Assembly (NCBI GenBank): GCA_963706595.1
Contig: OY970166.1
Location: 4,128,001-4,192,000 of the forward strand
From: an uncultured cyanobacterium
Lineage (GTDB): Bacteria > Cyanobacteriota > Cyanobacteriia > Cyanobacteriales > Nostocaceae
Direction: 5' to 3'
DNA length: 64,000 nucleotides
Part shown: positions 10,127-20,252 of the stretch, one piece after another
How positions within the stretch are numbered: the stretch's first letter is position 1
Layout: each line of letters begins with the position of its first letter
Notes under the pieces: model-generated
Databases searched by the model: none
Told to the model about the DNA's origin: nothing
The model's input: the letters and a program-made list of their open reading frames with translations, nothing else
Made by a program: the position numbers and the translations under genes

Positions 10127-10894
10127 ATGGCTAAAAAAACCAAAATTCCCCTGCAAAATATTTTATTACCCTGGATTGATGTCTTAGCCGTGACAACTTG
10201 GGGCATTTTAATGCTGCAATACTGGCTATCAGGCAAATTATATTTGTTGATTCACCCCAATTTCTTTGGGTTAGTCATCGGATGTGGCATCGTCTTACTG
10301 ATAATTGGTTTGTTGAAGATGCGAGAACTTTGGCAGCAACGTCGCCGGGCGAATACATCTAACCTTCAGCATATTAATTTATTTCCCCCTGGCTGGGGTA
10401 GCGCCTTGTTATTAACTGCGGCGATTTTGGGGTTAATGATTACACCCCGCGTTTTTGCTAGTGACACTGCCATGCAGTTGGGTGTAACCGATTTACTATC
10501 CACCGGACGGGTTCAACCCCAATCCTTTCGTCCTTCTATTCGCCCAGAAGATCGCTCACTGGTGGATTGGGCGCGCACAATTAACGTCTACCCAGAACCA
10601 GACTCTTATACAGGACAAGATGCCAAAGTTCAGGGGTTTGTGATTCACCCACCAGATATAGGAGAAGAATATATTTTCTTAGCGCGATTTGTGCTGACTT
10701 GTTGTGCCGCAGATGCTTATCCGGTAGGATTACCAGTCAAACTCCCAGAAAATCAAAAACGCTATTCTCCTGATACTTGGCTGGAAGTGGAAGGAAAAAT
10801 GATCACAGAAACTTTAGCAGGTAAACGCAACTTGACTATTGCTGCTACCTCCATCAAAGAAATTCCCCAACCCCGCAATCCTTATAGTTATTAA
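10127..10894 (+). CDS. TIGR03943/DUF1980-family putative permease subunit
   Basis: LLIHP and RFVLTCCAADA motifs; follows DUF318 gene. Confidence 0.88.
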   Translation: MAKKTKIPLQNILLPWIDVLAVTTWGILMLQYWLSGKLYLLIHPNFFGLVIGCGIVLLIIGLLKMRELWQQRRRANTSNLQHINLFPPGWGSALLLTAAILGLMITPRVFASDTAMQLGVTDLLSTGRVQPQSFRPSIRPEDRSLVDWARTINVYPEPDSYTGQDAKVQGFVIHPPDIGEEYIFLARFVLTCCAADAYPVGLPVKLPENQKRYSPDTWLEVEGKMITETLAGKRNLTIAATSIKEIPQPRNPYSY

Positions 10895-10939
10895 TAACTA
10901 ATCACTGACAACGAAAAACTAATCACTGATAATTGAAAA

Positions 10940-12430
10940 ATGGCTACACCCAAGACATTTATCCAACCACTAGATCGCGTGGCGATCGCATTGATGCTGC
11001 TACTAACTCTGCTGATTGGATTCATGATATTAAAAGGTGATGTGGTGGCAGTTCGTGTCCGAGAATTTACTTGGCAAAATCAACAAATTGGCGCAGAGGA
11101 TATTTCCTTCACTCTCAATTTTAGTCGCCCAATGGACATCAAAAGTGTAGAGGAAAACTTGAGAATTGAGCCGCCTCTAGCAGGTAAAATCAGTTGGGCG
11201 GGGCGACGGATGGTTTATACACTGCTTACACCAGCACCCTATGGTACGAATTATGAAGTGCGGTTGCAAGAAGCGAGAGATAGGTTTGCCGAAAAAGAAG
11301 GGGAAAATCGAGTCATACAGCCCTTTACAGGCAACTTTAGATCCCGCGATCGCGTGATCATGTACATAGGAGCCGATCCAGAAAATCAAGGTCAGTTAGT
11401 TATTTACAATTTAACCGAAGAGATCAAAAAGATAATTACCCCCAAAGACCTGATCGTGATGGACTTTAAGCCATTTCCAGATGGGGAAAAGATTTTATTT
11501 TCAGCTCGTACTTCTAATAACCAAGACTTACTCTCAGCCCAGTTATATACAGTCACAACAGGCATTTCCACACAGCCGGAAACATCAGCAGCACCAGCAG
11601 GTAAAGTTGACCTAGTTTTAGACAACAAACAATATCAAAACCTGAAATTTGACTTATCGCCAGATGGCGAAACAATTGTTGTGCAGCGAGGGAACAGAAA
11701 CAATCCCAGCGATTTTGGGCTATGGTTCATGCCCACCACTAGCAATACCAGAGAAAGACCCACTCCCCAACGCCTCAAAAGCGAGCCAGGGGGAGACTTT
11801 ATGATTACACCCGATAGTAAAGCCGTAGCAGTTGCCCAAGGTCAAGGAGCAGCCATTCTACCATTACAAACTGATGCCAGCAAACCCCTTGATTTTCTCC
11901 CACAATTTGGGTTAGTCCAGTCTTTTTCTAAAGACGGCTCCCAAGCAGCAATGGTAAAATTTAATACAGATTATACAAGGGATTTGTTTTTAGTCACCAA
12001 CCAAGGCATCCAGAAACCTCTGTTAAAAACTACAGGTTCCATTATCAACTGCCAATTTGACCCCGCTTCACCGACCCTCTACTGTTTGCTGACACAGCTA
12101 ATATCCGATGAAGAATATGTAGAACAGCCTTATTTAGTCGCCATTGACCTAAATACTGGAGAACAAAAACCACTGTTGTTACTACCAATCGAACAGAGGA
12201 ATGTGCAAATGAGTTTAGCACCGGATGGTTTGGGTTTGCTCTTTGATCAAGTCATGCCACAAGTAGATCCCGTAGCCTTAAATACAAACGTACTCAAAAC
12301 CGAAGATGGAGAGGCGATCGCCACTAGTAGCTTGTGGTTAATGCCTTTATTACCCATTGATGATGCCAACACCACAATCAGACCAGAAAAACTACCCTTA
12401 GTGGGATTTCATCCCCGTTGGTTGCCATAA
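10940..12430 (+). CDS. Membrane-anchored protein with Ig-like domain and TolB-like beta-propeller
   Basis: N-terminal TM helix, FSRPMD Ig-like motif, repeated SPDG/TPDS propeller motifs. Confidence 0.75.
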   Translation: MATPKTFIQPLDRVAIALMLLLTLLIGFMILKGDVVAVRVREFTWQNQQIGAEDISFTLNFSRPMDIKSVEENLRIEPPLAGKISWAGRRMVYTLLTPAPYGTNYEVRLQEARDRFAEKEGENRVIQPFTGNFRSRDRVIMYIGADPENQGQLVIYNLTEEIKKIITPKDLIVMDFKPFPDGEKILFSARTSNNQDLLSAQLYTVTTGISTQPETSAAPAGKVDLVLDNKQYQNLKFDLSPDGETIVVQRGNRNNPSDFGLWFMPTTSNTRERPTPQRLKSEPGGDFMITPDSKAVAVAQGQGAAILPLQTDASKPLDFLPQFGLVQSFSKDGSQAAMVKFNTDYTRDLFLVTNQGIQKPLLKTTGSIINCQFDPASPTLYCLLTQLISDEEYVEQPYLVAIDLNTGEQKPLLLLPIEQRNVQMSLAPDGLGLLFDQVMPQVDPVALNTNVLKTEDGEAIATSSLWLMPLLPIDDANTTIRPEKLPLVGFHPRWLP

Positions 12431-12794
12431 GCATACCCAGTGGGTACAAGCAAGTGCTGAGTATCAACCCAGTCCTTCATAGCTCTGATAAATATCATGC
12501 ATAAATATTAACAACAGTCAAGCAGGTTGCAACCCTTTCTCAGCATCTGCAAGCCAACCTGTATATTAGTAGTATTTGCACCATAGTTCCCATAGTTCCC
12601 CTCAATTCCCAAGGTTGACGGGGGATAAGCCCTTAATGTTATAACGGCATCAGGTCTAAATAAAAAAAACGGCAATATTGATTTATGACTAATCACTGAT
12701 AATTGGCAGCAGTCTAACTTAGCTTCTAGAGTAAATCCTGATCTGACGTAATTGATCAGCAATGTTAAACATAGCAATACTAAACATTTTTTAA

Positions 12795-14366
12795 GTGAGT
12801 GGGTCAAGAGTGATAGATAAACCTGACACCTCAAACAACAGGGCGAGAATGGAATCCCTAAATTCTGATAATTCACGACAACCGGATCAGCCTAGCTGTC
12901 CATTTTACTCAATTGTGCCTCCCGACAACATGGCCAATCAACAACTGCCGCTTCTCAAACCTGCTGTGGAACCACACTCAGAAGTACAAACTCCTGACTC
13001 TCCGCAGGACGCAACTCAATCAGACTGGGTTGTGGAACCTAATAGCGAACAACAAATACTGGTTGATACTGAATTTAAAAAGCTACTGCTATTGAATGAA
13101 GAATTGCGTGCAGCAAACAACCAGTTGTATGAGGAAGTGGAGCATCTCAAAGATGACCTCGCCGAATCAGAAAAGGCTTTGCAGTGGCAGAAAAGGCGTT
13201 CTAGTGTCGCCGAATCAATGATGAACCAACAAACCAAAGAACTGGCCGCAGCCCAAGAACAAATTAAATCTCTATTCCAAGAGTTAGAATCAGCCGGACA
13301 AACTGTTCAACGCCAAGCAAACTTTATTGAAACTCATAAAGCACAACTACAACTTAGTCAACAGCGTCTGGCTCAACTAGAGCGAGAATGTGCGCTGCTG
13401 CAAACTAACTATAACGAACAGTCTCAACAAGCATTACAATCAGAAAATACCTGTCGAGAGCTACGTAGTAGGCTAATGCGTCAACAACGCCAAACCCTAC
13501 AATTTAAAGCAGCTCTAGAGAAATGTCTGGAGCCACCCGGACTTAATGATTCCTCTGAAGATACAGCCAATTACCAAACAAGATTTTCGAGAAAGGCTCG
13601 GTCTTTGTTTCCGAATGTGCAGCCCATTAGACCTTGGTCAGCAGAATCAGAATCCAATGGTGAGCAATTCGATTCTCCTTGGAATCAATCTATGGCTCCG
13701 CCACACAAACTATCAACATCACCCATAAACAGCACTCATAATTCTGAGCCGATTCCATCATCGCCTGATCACTTGCCAATTCAGGAAGACACACCCATTC
13801 CCTCACAACCAGCAGTCTCAGAAATTGACGATTCTCCCACTAAATCAGCAAATATTTCATCTCTGGAGTCATCAAAGCTAGATGATCAATTGGATAGTCT
13901 GATCCAAATGTTTTTTACTACTGAACCTGCATCTACATCGCCACCCCCGGCCGAAACTCATGCAGACAGCAGTCAAACTCCAGCGCCTATTTGGGAGACT
14001 TGGGGTACAACCAAGGAAAATGATCAGCAATTAGAAACTTTACCAGAACAGCAATTAGAAATCTTGACAAAAGAGGCAGATGCCCCACCTTCATCTGTAA
14101 ATAATTCACCAGAATCTTTCACTATCCCTTTGAGCGAGACAACTGTTGAGAGGTCATCTAGGGAAGCATTGGAAAATTATTGGTTAGAAAACTCAAAATC
14201 ACATCAGGCTGATTTTGTTTTAGATGATTCTGGAGACTACCCCGAAGATACTCAATCGCCCTCACCAGTGGTTTATCCCCAGCGTCCCCCTAAAGGGCGT
14301 AAGTCTTTATCATCAGTAGAATTACCAAATTTCCGCACAAGTAATCAATTTAATCATCCTCAATGA
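12795..14366 (+). CDS. Hypothetical coiled-coil protein with disordered Pro/Ser-rich C-terminus
   Basis: 523-aa ORF; Q/E/L-rich heptads, RQTLQFKAALEKCL; start uncertain. Confidence 0.75.
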   Translation: MSGSRVIDKPDTSNNRARMESLNSDNSRQPDQPSCPFYSIVPPDNMANQQLPLLKPAVEPHSEVQTPDSPQDATQSDWVVEPNSEQQILVDTEFKKLLLLNEELRAANNQLYEEVEHLKDDLAESEKALQWQKRRSSVAESMMNQQTKELAAAQEQIKSLFQELESAGQTVQRQANFIETHKAQLQLSQQRLAQLERECALLQTNYNEQSQQALQSENTCRELRSRLMRQQRQTLQFKAALEKCLEPPGLNDSSEDTANYQTRFSRKARSLFPNVQPIRPWSAESESNGEQFDSPWNQSMAPPHKLSTSPINSTHNSEPIPSSPDHLPIQEDTPIPSQPAVSEIDDSPTKSANISSLESSKLDDQLDSLIQMFFTTEPASTSPPPAETHADSSQTPAPIWETWGTTKENDQQLETLPEQQLEILTKEADAPPSSVNNSPESFTIPLSETTVERSSREALENYWLENSKSHQADFVLDDSGDYPEDTQSPSPVVYPQRPPKGRKSLSSVELPNFRTSNQFNHPQ

Positions 14367-14605
14367 TTCGTGATTCCATTTTGGATTTTGGATTTACGTT
14401 AGCGAAGCGTACGCAGCGCAGCGAGTATTTTGCATTAATCTCTCCTGATAAAGAAGAGGCTTAAAGATGGAAAACTTTTTGTTTTTCTTCTGCGTGAACC
14501 CAGAGGCTTGAAACCAAATATTTGAGATTTCAGATTTTCATTTAATCCAAAATTTAAAATCTAAAATCTAAAATCTAAAATCGCTTCGGTCAGGACTAAT
14601 GACTA

Positions 14606-15238
14606 ATGGCTAACCATTACAGATATATTATTTTTTACAAACCCTACGGAGTCCTCAGCCAGTTTACGCAAGAAACACCGAAACATAGTACCTTGAAGGA
14701 CTATATCCAGGTTGCCGATGTTTATCCTGTGGGGCGTTTGGATTGGGACAGCGAAGGTTTATTACTATTGACCAATGATGGACAATTACAACATCGCCTC
14801 GCCCATCCTCGCTTCGGACATCAACGCACTTACTGGGTGCAGGTAGAGCGCATTCCAGATGTGGATGCTATCAACAATTTACAAACAGGTGTGGAAATTC
14901 AAGATTACCGCACTCAACCAGCGCAAGTCAGACTGTTATTAGAAGCGCCGCTTCTACCTGAACGCAACCCGCCCATTAGATTTCGCAAAAATATCCCCAC
15001 ATCTTGGTTAGAAATGACATTGACAGAGGGAAAAAATCGTCAAGTGCGGCGAATGACTGCGGCTGTAGGGTTTCCCACTTTGCGACTCGTCAGGGTGAGT
15101 ATAGCCCATCTCAATCTGGATGGTTTACAACTGGGTGAGTGGCGCGACCTCATGCCATCAGAACTGGAATTTTTGCATAATTCGCCTAAAAACTACAAAA
15201 GTGTGGCTAGAAGTCTGACTGCTAGGCGAAAGCTATAA
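14606..15238 (+). CDS. rluE: rRNA large subunit pseudouridine synthase (RluE/RsuA family)
   Basis: [32 protein letters not shown]. Confidence 0.9.
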   Translation: MANHYRYIIFYKPYGVLSQFTQETPKHSTLKDYIQVADVYPVGRLDWDSEGLLLLTNDGQLQHRLAHPRFGHQRTYWVQVERIPDVDAINNLQTGVEIQDYRTQPAQVRLLLEAPLLPERNPPIRFRKNIPTSWLEMTLTEGKNRQVRRMTAAVGFPTLRLVRVSIAHLNLDGLQLGEWRDLMPSELEFLHNSPKNYKSVARSLTARRKL

Positions 15239-15661
15239 TGTCCCTACTGTGAATTGGGTTGGGAATTTTGTCATCTCCTCAGCGCCCTGTCCGTTGCTAT
15301 AGAAGAGGATAGTTGAGTTTTTACCAATAAATTTGATACAATTGAATTGGTTGCTTCACCTCTAGACAGCCCTTCGGGGAAACCTACGTGAAAACGTTGG
15401 ACAACGAGAAAAGAAGTAGGCACATCTTGATCAATATAAGTTACCAATGTGTTTGTCCGATAGCGCGAATAAGCCAGCATCATCCAGGGCAGTAAAACTT
15501 GTAGGGGTTAATTAACAGCATTCCGTGGACTTAAAACAAAGCTCAACGCCTCCGAAGCAATAGCTGGATTGGTTGAGAAGCCTACACACTATGCTTGCAT
15601 CAGTGTAGGATTATGTCACTGAATAGAAGCAGCTTGGAGCCAGAATGAAGGAACTTCTACT

Positions 15662-17653
15662 ATGCTGATTTGCCCTCAGTGTACATTTGAAAACCCCAAC
15701 ACGAACAAATTTTGTCAAAGCTGTGGTGCATCGCTGACCCACAATATTTGTGCTGAGTGCAGTGCCGAAGTACCTGTGAATGCACAAGTTTGTCATAACT
15801 GTGGTGCAGAATGCGGAATAGTTTGGCAGGCAATTATTGCCAAGGAAGGTAGTGAGGACTGGGTGCTGGGTATTGGGGAAGAAGGAGAAAACACAGCTTT
15901 AGAAGCAAATGAGCCGGAAAATTTCCCCACTCCCGCCATTTCTCTGTTACAACTCACAGCAGGTTCTTATTTAGACCAAGAACAGCGCTATCAATTGTTA
16001 GAACCGCTATCAGCCGCAGAGGGAAATTTGTCCAAGGCTGAAATATGCGTGAAAGTTTTGGACTGTTTGCCATATCAAATTTCGCCGATTGAGGCCATGC
16101 TAGCCAATCAGCAAGAGGGACTGGTGGTATCACCAGGGGAAATGAGTCAAATCTCTCGCCTGGCTAAAGCTTATATTGTCTTGCAATCCCAAACTCACCC
16201 AGGCATACCAGCAATTCATGATGCTTGGCAACAATCTGGTCTTCAGGTGTTGTTAATCGAAGATCGTTCAGATTGGCAGTCTTTATTAGATTTATGGCAA
16301 TCTGAAGAAACGTCCATGTTGCAAATTTTACACTGTCTTTATCAGATGACCCAACTCTGGTCTGTGTTAGAAACAGTGAATTGTCGTCAAAGTTTGCTGG
16401 ATGTGTCGAATCTCTGCTTAGACGAAGACCAAACACTGGCGCTACAAAGGTTGTATGTAGAATCACTAGATGAACAGCCAATTATGGCATCACCTGATTT
16501 GGGAGAAGTAGAAAAATTTACAATCCCAGGGCAACCTTTAACTATCCAAGCTTTGGGGCAAGTTTGGCAGGCACTATTTAGAGAGTCTCAACGCACTCAG
16601 TTTGGCTCTGTAGTGCAGATTTTAGAAGATTTGGAACTCGGTAAAATTCCAACTGTTGAGCAGTTGCGATCGCGTTTAGAAGAGATCGCCACTGAATTAG
16701 AAACACCAATCACGGCAAATATTGATCCAATGGAAGAAAAAGAGACTGCCTCACCCACTATTTTACAAGTAGATGATTTAGAAAATTTCTCTGCCAAAGC
16801 TGATGATTTGCCAACTGTTCTGCTATCAATGCAATTGAATAGTTTGGAAGATGCCGGACGTACTGATGTCGGTCGTCAACGTCATCACAATGAGGACTGC
16901 TTTGGCATTGAAACCAAAATCAACAAGCTGGAACTGCCCCGAAACCGAATTTTACAAGCCCGTGGTTTGTATATCCTCTGTGATGGGATGGGTGGACACG
17001 CCGGGGGTGAGATAGCCAGTGAGTTAGCAGTTAACACTCTCAGGCAATATTTTGATGCACATTGGATGGCTAACCAAATGCCCACGGAAAATATGCTCCG
17101 TGAGGCGGTATATTTAGCTAATCAAGCAATTTATGAGGTAAATCAAGAAGAAGTCCGTTCTGGCACCAAGCGTATGGGTACTACCTTGGTGATGCTCTTA
17201 ATTGAAGGTACTCAAGCCGCAGTCGCCCACGTAGGAGATAGTCGCCTTTATCGCCTGACACGGAAGCAGGGATTGCAACAAATCACAGTAGACCACGAAG
17301 TAGGTCAACGAGAAATTTCTAGAGGTGTGGAAGCCAGTATAGCTTATGCCCGTGCGGATGCTTACCAGCTAACTCAGGCCTTGGGACCTCGTGATCAAAA
17401 CTCAATTAATCCCGATGTCGAATTTTTTGAGATTACTGAAGATAGCCTCTTCATTCTGGTATCAGATGGCTTATCAGATAATGATGTCCTGGAAATTCAT
17501 GGGCAGAATCAGCTAATTCCCCTGCTGAGTACTGGCGCTAACTTGGAACAGGGAGTCACAGAATTAATTGATTTGGCAAACCAATACAATGGTCATGACA
17601 ACATTACTGCTATACTTATCCGGGCTAAATTGCGCCCAAATATGGAGAGTTAA
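15662..17653 (+). CDS. PP2C-type Ser/Thr phosphatase with N-terminal double zinc ribbon
   Basis: Four CxxC pairs; TDVGRQRHHNED, CDGMGGH, HVGDSR, SDGL, GHDNIT. Confidence 0.92.
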   Translation: MLICPQCTFENPNTNKFCQSCGASLTHNICAECSAEVPVNAQVCHNCGAECGIVWQAIIAKEGSEDWVLGIGEEGENTALEANEPENFPTPAISLLQLTAGSYLDQEQRYQLLEPLSAAEGNLSKAEICVKVLDCLPYQISPIEAMLANQQEGLVVSPGEMSQISRLAKAYIVLQSQTHPGIPAIHDAWQQSGLQVLLIEDRSDWQSLLDLWQSEETSMLQILHCLYQMTQLWSVLETVNCRQSLLDVSNLCLDEDQTLALQRLYVESLDEQPIMASPDLGEVEKFTIPGQPLTIQALGQVWQALFRESQRTQFGSVVQILEDLELGKIPTVEQLRSRLEEIATELETPITANIDPMEEKETASPTILQVDDLENFSAKADDLPTVLLSMQLNSLEDAGRTDVGRQRHHNEDCFGIETKINKLELPRNRILQARGLYILCDGMGGHAGGEIASELAVNTLRQYFDAHWMANQMPTENMLREAVYLANQAIYEVNQEEVRSGTKRMGTTLVMLLIEGTQAAVAHVGDSRLYRLTRKQGLQQITVDHEVGQREISRGVEASIAYARADAYQLTQALGPRDQNSINPDVEFFEITEDSLFILVSDGLSDNDVLEIHGQNQLIPLLSTGANLEQGVTELIDLANQYNGHDNITAILIRAKLRPNMES

Positions 17654-17740
17654 AAATACCAAAGGAAGTGCGAAGTAGTAAATTATTTTCTCATCCCTAA
17701 TGCCTAATCCCTAATTGTTTAAGCTTATGCAGGTCGTATT

Positions 17741-18997
17741 GTGGTTATTCTGACCCTGTTAGAACCGCAACAAAAAACGTCACTCAAGCAGTGGTGCTTT
17801 GAAAATTCCTCCGTCATTCGCATTGGTCGAGCGGGGGATAATGATGTGGTTTTATCTGATAGTTTGGTTTCGCGACACCATTTGGAATTGAGGCAAGTTA
17901 ATTCTGCCAAAAATAAAAATGTTGCTTCTTGGCAGGTGTTTAGTAAAGGCACTAATGGCACTTTTTTGGATGGTACGCTTGTGCTTCAGTGTGCTGTGCC
18001 GGATAATTCCCTGCTGCAACTAGCACAGGGAGGTCCAATATTACAATTCCAATTGCAGAAAATACCAGATACTGTGCTGCGATCGCCTACAGGTGACGAA
18101 GCTGAAGCCGAAAGTGCAGGGGATTTAGCCTCCACTTGCCAGCACGAAGGGAATTCTCCTCATAATTTATTTTGCGTTCATTGCGGTCAACCTATCTCGG
18201 TGCAACAGAAAATTCGTCAATATCAGGTGTTGCGAGTTATCGGACAGGGAGGTATGGGTACTACTTATCTCGCTTGGGATGGAGCAGGTCTGAGCAAAGG
18301 AAAACCACAATTGCTGGTTTTAAAGCAAATGAATGCTGACATGGCTAAAATTGCCAAAGCCCAAGAGTTATTTGAACGAGAGGCACATACCCTCAAATCC
18401 CTTGACAATGAGGGGATTCCCAAATACTACGATTTTTTTGTGGTTGCTGGCAAAAAATACTTGGCGATGGAATTAGTTCATGGACAGGATTTAGAAAAAA
18501 GAGTCTATGCGACTGGGCCAGTTACGCCTAGCCAAGCGATCGCTTGGATGATTCAAACCTGCGAGATATTAACGTATCTCCACAGCCAACATCCACCACT
18601 AATCCACCGTGATATCAAACCCGCTAACCTGATGGTGCGAAATTCCAATAATCAAATAGTAGTGTTGGATTTTGGGGCTGTGAAGGAGATTGGTACAACA
18701 CCTGGCACTCGTATTGGTGCAGAAGGTTACTGCGCTCCTGAACAGGAACGAGGACAACCCTTAACTCAATCCGATTTGTATGCCATTGGCCCGACGTTAA
18801 TTTTTCTGCTCACAGGTGAAAATCCTTTCAAGTTTTATCGTCACCGAGGACAAACTTCCCGGTTTGATGTGGTCAATGTTCCCACTATTAGTCCTCAATT
18901 GAGAGAAATTATTGAACGCGTTACGCAGCAGTTGCCACGCGATCGCTACCAAAGTGCTAAAGAACTGGCCTTAGCATTAGCTGCTTGCCCAGTATAG
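17741..18997 (+). CDS. FHA-domain Ser/Thr protein kinase
   Basis: FHA IGR...VSRHH...TNGT; kinase GQGGMG, HRDIKPAN, DFG, APE. Confidence 0.93.
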   Translation: MVILTLLEPQQKTSLKQWCFENSSVIRIGRAGDNDVVLSDSLVSRHHLELRQVNSAKNKNVASWQVFSKGTNGTFLDGTLVLQCAVPDNSLLQLAQGGPILQFQLQKIPDTVLRSPTGDEAEAESAGDLASTCQHEGNSPHNLFCVHCGQPISVQQKIRQYQVLRVIGQGGMGTTYLAWDGAGLSKGKPQLLVLKQMNADMAKIAKAQELFEREAHTLKSLDNEGIPKYYDFFVVAGKKYLAMELVHGQDLEKRVYATGPVTPSQAIAWMIQTCEILTYLHSQHPPLIHRDIKPANLMVRNSNNQIVVLDFGAVKEIGTTPGTRIGAEGYCAPEQERGQPLTQSDLYAIGPTLIFLLTGENPFKFYRHRGQTSRFDVVNVPTISPQLREIIERVTQQLPRDRYQSAKELALALAACPV

Positions 18998-19041
18998 TCG
19001 GTGGGGAGGATGAGAAATACTTACTCCCAATGCACTTTGTC

Positions 19042-19260
19042 TTACTCTTCGTCCCAAGCTTCTACTGATAGCAAGTCGCCAATTGGATCTTGCATACTAA
19101 AGCCAAAGTCTTGCAGTTCCTGTTTCCAGTGCTGCCAGTCGTTGCCATAGAGCAATGCAATTTTCCAAATGCTATCAGTTGGTTTGATAATATTGGATTC
19201 GATGAGTGATTGCACGTTACGCTGCAATTTCACCATTGGGTGAATCACTTGCTGAGTCAT
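19042..19260 (-). CDS. DUF4327-family small protein
   Basis: HPMVKLQRNV...W..WKQEL..F pattern typical of this cyanobacterial family. Confidence 0.75.
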   Translation of the reverse strand: MTQQVIHPMVKLQRNVQSLIESNIIKPTDSIWKIALLYGNDWQHWKQELQDFGFSMQDPIGDLLSVEAWDEE

Positions 19261-19735
19261 AGCCTCGATTCAATTCAGATTATGTTTGGTAAATGCTTAA
19301 TTAAAACTGCTTTCCGTTTTGCAATTGTCGTCGATGCGTGGAGTATTGTAGTTGGCAAAGCTAGTCTTAACTATCTAACTATACCATAACAAACTCTAGC
19401 AGTTGGCTGGAAAATTCGGTTTTGTACGGTAATCACCACTACATAACTGAAATACCGCCAAGCGATCATCGTGGATGCTATACGGGTAAGCTGGCCTTCC
19501 AAAAATTACATAGAGAGATGAGTGGGGAAGGCGGGTAAATTTTGGAGTTTTATGGTCAACAGAATCTGTGTGATTGTTAAAAGACCATAGAACCTGGAAT
19601 TTTCGATGATTTTTGCGTAATGGTGCCAAAAACATTGATTACGCATATTTAACCTTTATATAGACTATCGCAAACATCGAGAATTAAACAAACTTCTGCG
19701 AAATCTTTATATTAATTTAATAATTATCGGCATGA

Positions 19736-19950
19736 GTGGGGAGTGGGGAGAAGAGGAAAAGGGGCAGGGGGCAGGGGGCAGGGGAGAAGAAGAATGCTTA
19801 TTAAGTAACCGGAAGTTTAAAATAATTTCTTACTCCCCCTTACTCCGGTGCGCCCTGCTCCCCTGCTTCTTCTGGGGAGTGGGTTAAAACCCCAATGGTG
19901 TATAAGTTTGATTATCCGTTTATGTCTTAACCTCCTTGGCAGTTGCTATA
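19736..19950. repeat. STRR run plus MITE-like end (inverse of 44480..44591)
   Basis: Near-identical reverse complement of TATAGCAACCGCCAAGGAGGTTAAGACATAAACGGATAATCAAACTTA. Confidence 0.8.
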
Positions 19951-19986
19951 ACTGGAGACGATTTCACTGGCTGGATCAGTCTAAAA

Positions 19987-20073
19987 GTAGGTTGGGTTAA
20001 GCGCAGCGCAACCCAACGAAGCAAACCAAATATTGGGTTAAGTTGGGTTTCCCAAAACCTCAACCCAACCTAC
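19987..20073. repeat. GTAG-type REP-like doublet
   Basis: GTAGGTTGGGTT...AACCCAAC hairpins in inverted arrangement; related copies at 34576, 45911, 57942. Confidence 0.8.
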
Positions 20074-20106
20074 ATTTACGTCTAATTTTGGGTTTAAAAA
20101 CAGTCC

Positions 20107-20217
20107 CTAGTACAAGTCGGCGTAAATAAACAGACCATTCAAAATCCATGAAAAGCCCATTTTATAAGCTTTTTGACTTTTGACTTTTGACTTTTGACTT
20201 CCGCCTTGCGGTACTAG
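20107..20217. mobile_element. MITE-like element with TTTTGAC repeats
   Basis: CTAGTAC...GTACTAG inverted ends; partial second copy near 29960..30002. Confidence 0.55.
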
Positions 20218-20252
20218 CCCCTTCACTGGATCAGAGCAGGTATGCAAAAAAC

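Noticed and set aside
12508..12876. 122-aa minus-strand ORF
   Set aside because: It overlaps the promoter/start region of the coiled-coil gene and has no recognisable features.
19396..19635. 79-aa ORF or sRNA upstream of the DUF4327 gene
   Set aside because: No motif, RBS or convincing structure can be supported from the sequence alone.
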